Assembly: GCA_008632985.1 (NCBI GenBank)
Contig: QPGO01000053.1
Location: 434,001 to 468,566, forward strand
DNA length: 34,566 nt
DNA from: Psammoneis japonica
Taxonomy: Eukaryota
Direction of reading: 5' to 3'
Both the position numbers and the translations under genes were made by a program. This document shows positions 1 to 13,349 of this stretch, piece by piece. Numbering within the stretch: the stretch's first letter is position 1; each line of letters opens with the position of its first letter. The notes beneath the pieces were generated by a model. The model made no database searches, was not told where the DNA came from, and worked only from the letters and a program-made list of their open reading frames with translations.

Positions 1-94
1 CAGGAATGCGGGAGTCTGAGCACACAAAAAGGCCCATGTGCTGCATGTGCCTGGGTCAAACAGCCGATGTTGTTCCATGTGTTGCGTTGGGGCC

Positions 95-1558
95 CTCGAC
101 CCAAAGAATCAACCTGCTCCAGTGTGGTGTCATGTGATGGCATCAGGACAGCATTTGCCATTGCTGCTCTCAATGATCTGGAGGTCTTAAGCGCTGATGT
201 GCAGAGCACCCACATGAACGTGCACACTGAAGAAAAGTGTCACACTGCTGCTGGCATGGAATTTGGGAAGCACAATGAAGGAAGGCCAGCGATCAATGTC
301 TGAGCCTTGCATGGTCTCAAGTCATCAGGTGCACAATTTTGAGAACATGTGGCAGCCACTTTGCATGACACTGGTTTTGAGTCATGCAAGGCTGATCCAG
401 ATGTCTGGATGAGGGCTGCAGCCAAGCCGGATGGCTTCAAGCACTGGAAACATGCACTTGTCCATGCAGATGATTTGTTGTGCATCTCCCATGATGCCAA
501 AAGGTTGTGGATTACATGAGCTCTGGGTGCACATTGAAGGATGGAAGTGTCTGCAAACTGGAAGAGTGTCTGGGCACCCAGATCAGAAAGTGCCAGTTGT
601 CTGATGTGGATGGCAAGACACACTGGACCATGTCCTCTGACTTGCACGTTAAAAGGGCACTGGTTGATGTTGAGCTGGAGCTCAAGAGGACAGACAGGCA
701 CCTTCCAACAAAAGCATCAACACCCTTGAGCTCAGGACACACAGGCATGAACTGGATGGCTGACCAGAGTTGAGTGCCAAAGTGGCCAACTGCTGCCAAG
801 GCCTTGTTGGTGTGCTCCGATGGACAGTTGAACTTGGATGAGTTGACATCTTTGTTGCCATCTCACTCATGTCCTCCTGCCTTGCAGCACCATGAGTTGG
901 ACACCTGGATGAGGCACTCCATGTCTTTGCATGCTTGAAGGCTCACTCTGAGTCTTTGCCAGTGTTCTGCTTTTGACAAGAGTCGGTTTGCCAAGTGCAA
1001 CTGGGAAGAAGGTTGCCCTGGCATGGCTGAACCACTGCAGTCAAACATGCCAGAGACATGTGGGAATGGGTCAGCCGCTGTTTTGTCAATGCCGATCATG
1101 CCGGATGCCGTGTGATGTGCAGGTCTCACACTGGGATCTTGACATTCATCCAGCAAGTGCCCATCTTGCACTGCTCTAAACAGCAGAACACCACAGAGTC
1201 CTCTGCTTTTGGGTCTGAGTTTGTTGCAATGAAGACTTTGGTGGAGCAGATTGAAGCTTTGTGGAACAAGCTTTGGATGCTTGGAATTCCCATGAATGGG
1301 GCCACTGACATCTTTTGTGACAATGAAGCTGTCTTCAAGAACTCAACCAGGCCAGAGCCCACATTGAAGAAAAAGCATGATGCAATTGCCTGTCACAGGA
1401 CTCTTGAGGCACAAGCCGCAGGAATTTTGTGCATTGCTTGGGACGACAGATGCACAAATCTTGCGGATGTGCTGACCAAGTTGTCACCTGGACTGCAGCT
1501 CTGGGAGATCACATCACAAGTCATGTTTTGTGGTGAGTTCCAAAATGGGACAAACTGA
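95..1558 (+). mobile_element. Decayed Ty1/copia (CoDi-like) retrotransposon, reverse transcriptase and RNase H
   Basis: Motifs across frames: STCSSVVSCDGIRTAF, AGMEFG, ALHGLKSSGA (ALYGLK), LVHADD at ~457-474 (YVDD), FVNADHAG, SKQQNTTESSAFGSEF, FCDNEAV, KKKHDAIACH, NLADVLTK. Has frameshifts and TGA stops. Confidence 0.93.
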
Positions 1559-2329
1559 ACAGATTCACCACTTGGGTGTGGTTTTCCCTCCCCCAAAATT
1601 AAAACATCACCCTGGAACAGTGCAGCATCAGGTTGCATTTGTCTGTTAATCTGGCTCAAGCAGAGCCAGTGTCAGTTCGAGGAGACTGAGCAAATGCTGA
1701 CACACTGTCATGGATGTGGGCAGTTGTTTGCCACTGGCAATTGGCCCACTGTTGCTGCTCAATTGGTGGCCCCAGTTGCACAATCTCTCACAACTCTAGA
1801 ACCTGTTGATGCTGTTTCAACACTCTGTCTTGTCTGTCACCCAATTCTTGGCTGTCATGATGGCATTCATTCATGGTTTTGATGACTTTGAAATGGTGGA
1901 ACACTTGAGGGTTGCGCGCTGGAGTTTTTGACCCCCAGACCCATTTCAGTGCATGCCCACATGTCTGTGGAATGTGCCAAAATGCCAACGGTCCAAATAA
2001 AATTGTGTTGTTGGCACCTCGGGGGTGTTCTGCAGTTTTGGTTCCTCACCAATCAAAGAAATGACTCACAACATCAATTGTTTTGACATTTGCTTGTGTC
2101 ATGATGACCACACCTGAAACTCATGGTGATGCATTTTTGACTGCAGCCAAATGACTTTCTTTGTTTCTTTGGTCCAGCACTCAAATCAGCAGACTCTCAG
2201 CTTTCCATTGACACGTCACATGCTGTGGGGTCAATGTGTGCACAAAGTTTCAGTGCATCACAAGTGCTCAAATGCATGGCACCACATTGAAGTGATGCAC
2301 TTCTGTGCCCCATTCTTGTGGCTGATTGT

Positions 2330-3460
2330 CAGTCAGAGGAGCTCGTCAAGCTGGGTGAGCATTTGGTCCCTCTGGACCACTCAGATTTTGCAAAGGCACC
2401 TGATTGGCATTTGCACGACAATTCTGAGGCCAAGGTTGTTGGGCATGAGATCATGGCCCACATTTGCACAGTTGTGGCCCTGACCACAGCTGCCTTGGCC
2501 ATGTCCACAATTTCCATTTGGGGCATGTCCACCATTGCCATGTCCACAGTTTGTGTTGTTCATGCTCTGAGGGCCCACAAAACGGCCTCCACAAGGCCAT
2601 GACCAAAACCACAGCCTCGGTTTGGTGATCCTTGGCCTCCTTTCTGAAAGCAAGGGTTTGGATTGCAGTTGGGACTCTGAGGATTCTCTCCACAATCTTG
2701 CCATGGATGAGGCACAGCTGCATCTCGATGCAAGCAACAGTGAGAGTTGGGGGCAGATCTTTTCTTGTTCCCACTCAAGTCAGCATCCTTGGCCTTGTGC
2801 TTTTTGAAATCATCTTCCAACTTGTCAGAACAACCCTTCTGATCAGCAAATCCTTTCTCATTGGACACATGCTGAACAGTGTCTCCAAAAAGTCAGCCCT
2901 GATGTCCTTTTCAAGCATGCACACAACTCTGTTTTCACGACATGGGCATGCCCATGAAGGTGCTGTTCTTGACTTGCTGCTTGTCAAGCTGGGGTTCTGC
3001 GCCAGGCAATTTGTTGGCATGTTGTGACATTTGAGTCATTCTGTCTGCATGCTCACAAGGGGAATCACCAAAAGGTTTGGAAAAGTTCTTCAAAAACTCA
3101 AACATGGTGTCATGTGTTTCATGGTCACAGTGTTGTTGACAAAAATGCACAACTTCTGCCTTGGATCTGTCCACAGTCTGGTCTTCTTTGGCAGCAATGT
3201 CAGACACAATGTTGCTCTGTGTGTCTTGAGCATCATCTTCCAAAACCTCCTTAAAATGGGCAAACCTTTTGGTCCTTCATTGCAACCCAAGTGCTTGGCG
3301 CAATTCTCAAATTGCTCTGCTGTGAAAAACAACCACTCAGTGCCACACTTGCTGGCAAATTGAGGGCACATTTTTTGTCTCTTGTCACCATCATTGCAGT
3401 TTTGAATGAGTTTCACTTTGTGCAAGTTCCCATGCTTGAAGGTTGGTTTGCACACAAAGC
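2330..3460 (-). mobile_element. Decayed Ty3/gypsy-type gag remnant
   Basis: FLKNFSKPFGDSPCEHADRM...HANKLPGAEPQLDKQQVKN resembles diatom/oomycete gypsy gag. It is followed by a knuckle-like CCLH...HPWQDCGENP and a Gly-rich tail (GHGNGG...CGHGQG), probably a mutated RG/YG tract. No pol seen. Confidence 0.7.
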
Positions 3461-3949
3461 AAGGTGCTCTTGGCAATGCTCTCACCAAATGCAACATTCT
3501 CCCAAATGCAAGAGTGCTGCAGCAAGGCAAAGATGGGAAAGTGCAAGATGCAAGACATGCTGTGATCTGTGATCACAGTGAACAGTCTTTGTGACTGTCA
3601 TGAAACACTTTCTAAAAATTGCAAGAGAAGACTGCAAGTGAGGTCTCAAACCTTGTTTGGATTTCTGTCACGGAACCTTCTGTGGAGTGTTCTTTCTGAC
3701 ACCAAATGTTCCACAGAACTTTCTGCAAATGCTGCAGTCCTGGTCATTTGAATCTTCCAAATTTCCACTTGATGTTGCAAGCATGATGTGGAAGTTCACT
3801 TCAATCCCTGGTCCATGCATCCTGGCTGCATGAAACCACAACCTGGCTTTGTGCTGCTTCCAATTGACAATTGACAAAGCCGGTCATTTGACACCTGACT
3901 TGACCCAACCAGTCAAAGTGCTTTGATGACTGTGTCTGGGGGTTTCACA

Positions 3950-6900
3950 GAGTGTCAAACAACCAGAGGTGGCTTTCACAAGACAAGCAGCAAGAGGTGC
4001 ACATTTTTGGTTGTGAAAATTGCCATGTTGAGGAAAAGCACAACCTGGTTTGTGCTGGAGTTGGCACAGAATTCTGCACAGACAATGTTTTGAGTGCCAT
4101 TGTTTTAAATGTTGATGTTCATCACTGTGTCAGGCATTTGTCATGCCATTGCCAATTTTGTGTGGCGCACAATGACAAAGACACAACTGCAGTTGTGGTT
4201 GCACCTTGCAACAACATTGTGGTGAATGGCTGCAAAATGACTTTGGCCCAAACATTGAGCACTGTTGCACAAAAGCGCAGCCAGGCGCAGACCAGGGATT
4301 TGTTGTTTGGGCTTGATGCGCACAAAAACTTGGGTGCCACACCCGGATTTCCATTTGTGGCTGCTCTGTTTGTCATCACCAACACACTTTTGACATGACA
4401 TGATGACGCTGCACTGTTGTTCTGTGTCAAGTTCTGAAGAGGCATCCATGGGAAACCAATGGCAAAGCATTTCATCTAAAAGAGACACAGCTGTCACAGG
4501 CACGTGGGTGTGGCACCCAGGTTTTTCATTTTTGCATGCATCAAAGAGATTTTGATTTTCTGTCATTGGAGCAAAAGCTCTTGAATGAGAGCCAAAATGA
4601 CTGCAATTGATTGTGTTGACACTGTCATGGATTCAACATGGATGCTTGTGTCAGTTGTCAACAGCCATGTGCTCTGCATGAAAAAAACAATTTCTTGGTC
4701 AAATGCACAACTTCCTTGTTTGTAAACAAATCCCGGGTGTGGCACCTTGGCATTTTGCACCAAGACCAAATGACAACTCATCCTCATTCAATCCACACTG
4801 GATTGCCGGCAGTTGCCAGCCAGCCTCTCATTTCAAATGTGGTTGCACATCAGCTGCGGGGACTTCAAGGTTTTGTGTGCCAAATTTTGCGGGGCTCGGC
4901 TTTTTGAAATTTTGATTTTTTCCAAACACTGCAAACCGCAATGACACTCAACAATCACCATTGAAGCTGCTGTCAATGGGACAACAGAATGGACACAAGC
5001 ACAATTGGAGCCACTTCATTTTGTTCGTGAACTTGTGGCACAATGGTGCCCAGCACCAAGGCTGCAACCAACAAAAATAGAAGGCAAAGAAGGCTTGCAT
5101 TTGAAGCTGGGGCAACAAGCACAATGTGATGCATTCCACATGCATGCTTTGAATCCAACAATCACAGCATGACCCGCCTTGTGAAAAATTGTGGAAGGAG
5201 ATGAGAGTGCTCCACTGCAACGTTGCATTGAAAGTCACTTCAACCTGAGCAAAGATTGCAGGGAAGAGTGCAAAGTGTTGGCACATCACTGCCCCCCCCA
5301 AGCTTGCGCAATGCAGCTGCAACAAAGATGGCAAGGTGATGTGCAAGTTCTGGAATCACACGACTGCTCCATGGCTGAAGATTGCAACCACTCTCTGAAA
5401 AGAATTCAAACATGTTTGTGCAAGTGCTAGCCTGCCAGCACAACAGAGCCAAGTGCAATGCAACACCGTCATCGTGACATCAATTCTTTGATTGGGCAAC
5501 ATTTTCTCTTTGGAGGAAGCTTTCACAATGGTGAAGAATGGCAAAAGACAAGAATTGGAGATCCGCGAAGCACTTGAAGACATCACAGAATTCTCAGACC
5601 GCACAAGAATTTTTCACAACAAAGCAACATTGGACAACGGACGTGCTCCAGCCACACGTGTGAACCAAATTGCGTGCAAAAACAAGATCTGCACAATTTT
5701 TGCGTGGTCTCTGACTTTTGACCTAAATTTCTCCACCAAAAGCATGGATTTGTCCAAATTTCAATGTTTTGGCTGCAACACTGACAAGACTCACATCAGC
5801 GTTGCAATGTCATTGTTTTTGTGCCACCCATGTTTTTCATTGCGACAAACAAGCTGCAACACAACAGATGATTTTTGGCAAAAACATTGCCATTTGTAAG
5901 TGCACTTTGCAGTTGGAGATGTCAATGTGAAACAATTTTTTATGATGCTGTCCAGCAGGTGTTCTGCCTTCAAAGAAATCTCTGCAGCCAATGCACTGAT
6001 GCAGAATCAGCATTGAGTCCACTGAGGAAGTTTGTGATGCACATCCCATGAGGACTTGAACACAAACAAAAAAAGCATTTAAATGTGCATGTTCTGGACA
6101 CCTGTGAAAGCCCATTTGCTCAAGTGTTTTGCATGAAAATGCTCCATGCACGAGAGATGCACGTTTGTCATTTTGTGCATCACCTGGGACTGGAACATGT
6201 CAAAGATTGCATGAGCAGCTGTTGTTCACAAGGAGAACAAAGTTGAAACATGGGTGGCTTGCCTTGGTTTCTGAGCCTCATTTCACAGTTGCAAAGACAC
6301 TGCTGCATCAGATGCAGCAATGCTCTGATGCAAAAGCTTTTGAACATCGTGGCAATGATTTTCTTAACTTCTGCATGGAGAAGGTGATGGGAGACAAGGC
6401 TTTGCACTGCTCTTTCTTGAAAACAGCCCAAGAGAATGGCAGCAAATGAATGGCCATTGCATTGCTGAGGTGTGTGTGTGTGGTGGAAGAAGAATCTCAT
6501 GAAAAAGGTTGTCCACACCTGAGCCACAGCAGAGCACCAAAAATGCAGAAAGCAAACTGCAGATCGTAGAGTGAAGGGAGTGCAAAAGCAGTGTTCAGAA
6601 TGGAGCTCTCATGGCAAAATCTGAAAAAGTGACAAAAGAGCATGCATCAAAGAAGAGAGTGGCAGATCAAGCAAAAATGACAAGAAAAAGAGGAGCAAAA
6701 CAAAGCAGACATGCGCCATTTTGCAACATGCTGCATGATGCATTGGCAGTGCCAATGACTCCAACAGATGTTGATTTTGAAAGGATTCGACATTGTGCAT
6801 GGTGCTGTTTTTGGATCCGTTCATTGAAAAAGCTTCGCCCCACAAAATTTGGCATGCAATGGTTCGAAGTCTCCTCAGAGGCTGCAGGAATGTGCTAGAA

Positions 6901-7500
6901 GTGAGAGGCCGGCCAGCAACTGATCCAGCGCTGATTGAACATGGCCTGTCTGTCCTGTCATTTGATTGTGTGTTCACGGGACAAAGGAGCAATGCACATG
7001 ACAAAACACGGCGCAGCACCTCAAAATCATTTGCACATCTTTTTGTTGCATTTGGGTGGTTTCAAAAGACCCGCAGTTGTCCTTGCAAAACACAAACACC
7101 AAATTTGCCCATTTTTAAAATGCTGCAGACATTTGTTGTTAAAGACATTTCTCTCATTGAGTGCATTGCACAAAAAATGTCTGCTGCCCACAAGTGTTTT
7201 TGTCGCTGCACAAAATGCCCCCCAAGTCTGCGATTCCTGCCTCCTGGCCTTGCCAAAGTGAGACCTGGTTTTCAGTGCCTTGCAACAATTGACAGACCCA
7301 GTCATTTGGCACCTTTGGTCAACCCAAGCAGACAGAACATGCTCCCATTTCTTTGGCACGCATTTGACTGGGCAGATTCAGAGAGCTGTTTGTGCACAGC
7401 AGAAGAAACCACACACTCCAGCTCACAAGTTTGGGCAGGTCTTGTCTGTCAAGAAGTGCTTTTTTCATTCTTTGGTTTTCTTGCCCTGGTGTCATGACTT
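3950..7500 (+). pseudogene. Unclassified decayed coding remnants, probably from a repeat element
   Basis: Broken protein-like frames (5191-5430, 5492-5899, 6129-6449, 6793-7497) in TA-depleted DNA. No family recognised. Confidence 0.3.
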
Positions 7501-10249
7501 CTCTTCCATCCAATCAGCAAAGTGTTTTGGCGCTTCTTTCATGGATTGTTCTTCTTTGTCAACAAAAAACAAAAAGAGGCCGCAAAGCGGCCAGCACTTG
7601 ATTTGTGCCATGTGGCTCATCCTGTCCAAGTGATCTCAAGCATGGAGTGTGTGGTCCTTAGACTGCGCAGGTGTGCACGGGCATGAGTGCAAGCAGAAAT
7701 GTTGCAGACTCAGCATTGTTTCAGTGGAAGGAGGCTTGATTTGTACCAGCACACAATCTGCACCATGTTCTGCATGCAATCATTGATTTGTCCTGGCTTG
7801 TGTGGGTTTTGCACAACATGGGGTTTTCCAATGATTCAAATGCTCACAATGAGACAGAACACCCCAAAACAAGTCTGGAATCTGTGAAAAAAAAAGCCCT
7901 GTTTAATGGTCTGAACAGCTCTGTCATGAAGCGCTTCTCAAAATGTCTGCATGTTGCACATGGCAAAAAATCTGCTGTTGACAAAAAAGAGTCACTGTGG
8001 ACAAAACAGAGAATTCTGTGTCAATGCTGCACACTGGAGTGCTGCCAATCAACAGCTTTTCCTGCAGGGCATGGCCAGTTGCACACTTGCATTGAACCCA
8101 GGTGTGCACAATCAGCCAGCCCCACCCCGGCCAACTCACATCATTTGTGTCCCTGCCATGACCTCTTTCATCCAACATGACATCACCAGCAGTGCACCGC
8201 CCATGTGCATTTCTGTGTTTTTCCCTCCAATCAACCAAAGCCAGCATTTGAACTTCATTCTTGCCAGATGTGTTGATTCATTTTGAAATTTTGGCACTTG
8301 TCCAGACATTTTTGCACACATTTTTGCAATTCAAAGGCACCAACAACCATTGGATCCTCAACATGGCAAACTTTCGCAATGTTTGCACCACTGTGCAACT
8401 TCTTGCAGCCAGTCACTTGGTCAAGGCAGTGCCGCAGTCCTCACACATGCCCAACGACTTGTGTTGTGTGTTTGCACAGAGGAGGAAGAAGAGGTGGCAG
8501 CCTGAACAGAAGATCCTGGATCTTTGCTGTTACACTCAACCACACAGTGTTGCAACATCAAAAAATGTTGCCAAAATTTCAAAAAGGTGAAGGAAATGTT
8601 CATCATGTGATTGTGAGTGTAAATTTAATTTGTGGTTGTTTGTCACAATGACCATGCCCAAAAGAACAATTGAGACAAACACATGCCATGAAAAGGACAT
8701 CAAAAATTTAAAATGAAGAAAACCGCTCATTTGCATCATGACATGGGTTCACTGTTTCCACCTCTGATGTGTGGCTGGGAGATTTGGATGAAGACCTTGT
8801 CATGCATGCAGCACACATGGTGCAGCCATCAAGTGCTTTCTGAAAAACTCTGAAGACACTGAAGACAAGGCAAGACCACAGCTTTGTCTGTTGGTGATTG
8901 CTTTGTGGATCTGAAAGTGACCAAGATGGTGGTGCTTGACAACAAGCCTGTGATTGAGGACAAACCTTGTGGTTGGAACTGGCTCTGCTCATTCCGCGTG
9001 TTGGGCAGATCCAGATGCTCAATTTGGTCTGCCACAAGCTGCTGGAAACCTTTGTGGCATGTGGAAATGAGGACACATGGGACAGGGTGTGGAAAAGGAG
9101 GAGGAGGAGGAAGTGGAGTGTGAGGAGAGAGTCAAGCATGCGGATTTGTCAAAGGGGCAGAATTGCCCAGCTCCAACTTGGAACAAAGCTGTGATGGAGT
9201 CAGCAGTGTGCACAGAGTGGAAGACATGTGTGAATGCCAGAGCCTCCACAGAGCCCAGAAAGCACCAGCAAGAAAAAAAAAGCTGCTGCTCACAATGCAC
9301 AGCACTGTTTCTGTTGTGGTGGGCAGGAAGTGCAGTGGATGCCAGGACTGCATCCATGATGTGTTCATCACCATGCCATTGGATTGGCTGAACATGACAG
9401 TCTTCAGTCAACTCAGTGCATGCTCCAATTTTCCTTGGAAGCACTTGCAGTGCTGTGAGCCATTGGGCCTCAGAGTGGGGATGTGGCATGGTGACGTCTT
9501 TTAGAAAGCTCACACCTGTGCCCAAACTGAGTTGTGTCCACAACATCATTGCAATCTTGCTGACACATCAGTTGTTGTTCCTGTGCCTCAAAGGTGCTGA
9601 AGGAGTTGTGTCATCTGTCCAAGGCCCTGCTCGACATCCAGAGATCTGAAGACTCCACCACCTGAGGAGGCTGGCACCTTGGCATCCTGTGGCAGCAACT
9701 CTTCATTGTCCAAAACAAGTTTTGAAAGTTTGTCTGAAGGGTCCATCAAGACAGAATCATGGCAAGATGATGCCCCACTCATCTTTGGCTGTGAAAATGG
9801 GATTGATTCACTCAATTGCATCCCCAGTGTGAAGGAACTCCATCTTGTGTGACTTGAATCCTGGCATGAGGAACTCGTCCTGTTTGTCATCATCCTCTTG
9901 AGTCTCGTCCATCAGACTGCAGTGCACTTCATCACCCAGAGTTTGTTGTTGCCGCACTTCAAGCATTTCTTGCTGTTGTTCCTTTTCTTCTTCTGTGCTT
10001 TCTGCTCTTGATCTTTGGCATGTTGCAGAACCTTTTGGGGACATTCAAGTCCATCAAGACCATGATTTTGTCACTCTTCTTGACCTTGTGGTGGAGTTGT
10101 TTCTCACCAAATCTCCAGGTGCTCTGGACACCATGCCATCTCATTGTCACCCTTGTTGCAAAAGGGCAGCAGAGTCAAGTGTTTGCAGTTCACCAAGCCC
10201 AACATGATGACAATGTGTCGGGTGATGACAGGGAGTCCTGCTGCAGCCA

Positions 10250-11130
10250 ATCACTTTCTGGTGCACCCTGAGTCACCTGCAATTGCACTGCTGTGTGTTG
10301 CACCAACCGCTGCATGTCTTGCAATGACAACAAGCCACTGGAGTGCATGATTTTTGCCAGATTTGTGAGGTTGCAAATTTGTTGTCCGTTGATGTCATGC
10401 TGGGCCAACTTGTTGCACACATCAGTGAATTGGAGTCTTGTGGTGGCAAACATGCTTTCCCAGATGTGTGCTCATGACAACTGGTCAAGATTGGGATGAT
10501 TGAGTTGCAGCATGACATGACTGAGGATTGCTGGGTCCAAGACCTGTGGTCGGTTGGCCCTCAGGAAGAGAATCCCATGGCAGCAGTCGAGCAGTCTCAA
10601 GAACACACCAACAATGGCAGAGCATTCCAAATCATTGCCGCAGGCAGCCAGGAAGATCTTGCACTGTTGAAGTGCAAGACTGTGTTCCACCACATGACCC
10701 ATGCACAGATGAGACGCAGATTCTCCTCAATGCTGCTCAATTCTGTTCCAAGCTCCCCAAGTTCCAACACACAGAGCAGGCACCAGGCATGTTCTGCATG
10801 GATCTTGGCGGTCAATGTCTTCCCCACCCTGGTCTGCAACATGCCAGGATGACCATCCACCATGCTTGCCATCAATCAAGTTGCCAAGCAGGGTCTCCAC
10901 CAAGGTGTTGAACACCTGTGAGAGGATCTCCAGCATGTTGTCCAGCAAATGCAAACAGCTCATCATTGCCTGCTTGTCAAGTGCACACTCTTCCAGGTCA
11001 TCAACACCAATGCAAACAAAGTCTTTGAGGTTGAGACTGTGCACGTGCACAACTGGCAAGCAGCTTGTCTCTTTGCAATGTTGCACATGCAGGCTGAGGC
11101 AGCTGCGCTTTTTCTTGGCAACTTCCAAGT
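10250..11130 (-). pseudogene. Decayed AAA+ ATPase fragment
   Basis: GNLIDGKHGG; disrupted Walker A GHPG...VGKTLTAK; GELGTELSSIEENL; WNTVL; IFLAACGNDLECSAIVGVFLRLLDCCHGILFLRANRPQVLDPAILSHV, matching the FLRLLEYY.GILFLTTNR...D.A..SR signature with Y->C and R->H. Confidence 0.88.
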
Positions 11131-11149
11131 GTGGCTCTGGAAGACAAAT

Positions 11150-12286
11150 CAGGCCATCACATTTGACGGGTTGATGGACAGCAATTCACTGTTTCTTGCC
11201 AGTGATGCTGGCACCATCTGTTTCACAAGCTTCCTGGATTTTCTCACCAGCGATGCCGGCACCATCTGTTTGACGAGCTTCCTGCATTTGAAATGGGGTG
11301 GGCCAACCATTGTGGAGATTCCCGGTGGCACAGGACTGGGGATCATGATTTCCTTCTTGCAAAACATCATTGACATGGGCCCTCCTGGGCCTCACCGGGG
11401 ACAAGGTGGCAAGTTCCTGATCCTGCTGCCTGGCCATGAGAAAGCAGATCTGGATGGACTTGTTCCCTGGGGCGTGTGCACAATTGCCGAGTCACGCAGC
11501 TGTGCCGTGTGGGCATTGCTGCACGGGTTCCTGAAGGATGGCAAGCCGGGCTGTTCCAACCAACTGTTTGAAAACACATCAAGATCTGTCTGCTGAACAC
11601 AGCAGCTGCCAGTCCATCAAAGATGGAGTTTGTCATGGGCACAGGCAAGGCTTTCAATGCCATGCATGCTGCCAACTTTCATTTTTTGAAGAGCTGCACA
11701 CGGCAATTGACCATGAGCTGCTCAAGTTTCTTGACCCAGAATTGTGCAGTCAGTTCACATCAATTGGCACTGTTTGCTGCTGACACTCAGATGGAGAAGA
11801 TCCTGGAACAAGCTGCCAAGTTGGGCAATGTAACCACGTGCACCATCTTCTGGTAAAAATGCATCCAGGATGAATTCCTCTGCAAGGGCAGTCACTGGAA
11901 ACAAGGTGTGGTTGGCAACTTGCATGAGTGCCTCAAAGATCAAGGGCTTGGTGGGCACAACATTGACTCTGAGGCACAGTGCTTCTACAAGGCAACCTTC
12001 AATTCCCCCAACATGGCACAGAAGCTCATCTGCAGGGGGGCAGAGGATTGCAGTGCACCTGGGGGCATCTGGATGGCAAGGATGGCACCTGGATGGTGGC
12101 AAGAACTGCAAGCTCAACCTGCCCAAAGATGCCCCCATCAAGAAGTTCATGTTGATTGTGGTTCACAATTTGCTGCAGACACGTTCCATGCTGCAAACCA
12201 ACCAACCACATCACAGCAAGAAAAACAAGAGAGAGACAAATTGATCACAAACAGCAACGGGTCCATTGACCTCCACTTTGGGCCAT
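11150..12286 (+). pseudogene. Decayed DUF1254/DUF1214 family gene of bacterial type, truncated at both ends
   Basis: LMDSNSLFL, GPTIVEIP, DMGPPGPHRGQGGKFLIL, HGFLKDGKP, GKAFNAMHAANFHFFEEL, LDGGKNCKLNLPKDAPIKKF, QTRSMLQTNQP, NSNGSIDLHFGP. Several frameshifts. Confidence 0.85.
11192..11287 (+). repeat. 48-bp tandem duplication, two copies
   Basis: tttcttgccagtgatgctggcaccatctgtttcacaagcttcctggat followed by tttctcaccagcgatgccggcaccatctgtttgacgagcttcctgcat. Confidence 0.92.
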
Positions 12287-13034
12287 GTTTGTGAAGATCA
12301 ACAAGAACCATGGAAAGGCCTGTGTGCAAATGAATGGAGTTGGAAGAACATGGCTTTCCACAAGCTGTTGGCTTGTTGCTGATGTCAATTTCCTTGCACC
12401 CTCTCAAGCACCATTTCCAAGACTGTCCTTTTGTTGTCAAGCTCTCTCATTGGAAATTGAGGACTGTCATCAGCATCCCAGAGTCTCTGTTCTGTCACAT
12501 GGCAGTTCCGGCCGCAGTTCCTGGAGATGCAGTGCCTTGCTTTTTCAAGGATGGCCACACCAATTTCCAGCTCAGTGAGCCATCGTGGAAGAAGCAAATT
12601 TCCAATCTGGCCAAGATTCAGTTCAAGTGGATGCCAAGGCCCAACTTGTGAGGATTCCAGACCAGAAGACAATCTGCGTGAATCCTTTGACCCTGCTGCC
12701 AAGCCTTGGGAGTTTCGAAAAGTTGACATTGACGAGCTGCAATTCCATGGGAGAGAAGACTTGGACAGAATGGTGGACAAATGTGCAGAAGATCTGTTGT
12801 GGATTGCTGCAGTTGCAAACATTTTAGAGTTGTTGTGCCACAGCTTGAGCACAGCTTGACAACCATGAGCACAGCAGGAGATTCAATTGGAGTCTCTGGA
12901 TTTCCCCTCATTGTTGCTGTTTGGGACAAAGATGATGAGGAAGCAGTCAGGAGTTTTGGCATCAGAAAGAAACAGCCAAGTCAGAAAAAATTTCATTCAT
13001 TCATGCATTGGAAGCATTGCCGTTTTGGGAATGG
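12287..13034 (+). pseudogene. Decayed, 5'-truncated inverted copy of the 19415-20395 gene
   Basis: Aligns at nucleotide and protein level: FVVKLSHWK, WKKQISNLA, QFHGREDL, TTMSTAGDSIGVSGF, VAVWDKDDEE. The stop TAG reads TGG at 13032-13034. Confidence 0.95.
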
Positions 13035-13144
13035 CGCTTCTTGATGGCACAGCTGCAATGAATTGGGCACATTGTTGTTGCACAAACAGTGCTGCACTGT
13101 GCATTTCTGGTGTGCCACATCAAAACTGCGCCCTTGGACAACTT

Positions 13145-13344
13145 GTGACTTGGCAGCAACTTCTTGACTGATGACAAGCCACTTTTCCAACACATTGACC
13201 TTTCCACTCTGTGTGGTTTTTGCCAACTCACATCTGGCTGTTGACAAACATGACATCCCATGCCGGCATTTCAATGAATGCATTTGTGTTTGGTGTCCAT
13301 TTCTTGGCCACCCTTGAGAACTTTGTGGAACTTCTCAGTGTTCT
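13145..13344 (-). pseudogene. trpD: Decayed 3' fragment of trpD
   Basis: CELAKTTQSGKVNVLEKWLVISQEVAAKS matches the intact C-terminus CELAKTTLQSGKATEVLKKWIAVSQEIAAKS. Nucleotide match to ~19082-19306. Confidence 0.93.
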
Positions 13345-13349
13345 TTGAA

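Noticed and set aside
1559..2100. Copia 3' LTR
   Set aside because: Plausible position, but no second copy in the window and no clear polypurine tract or termini.
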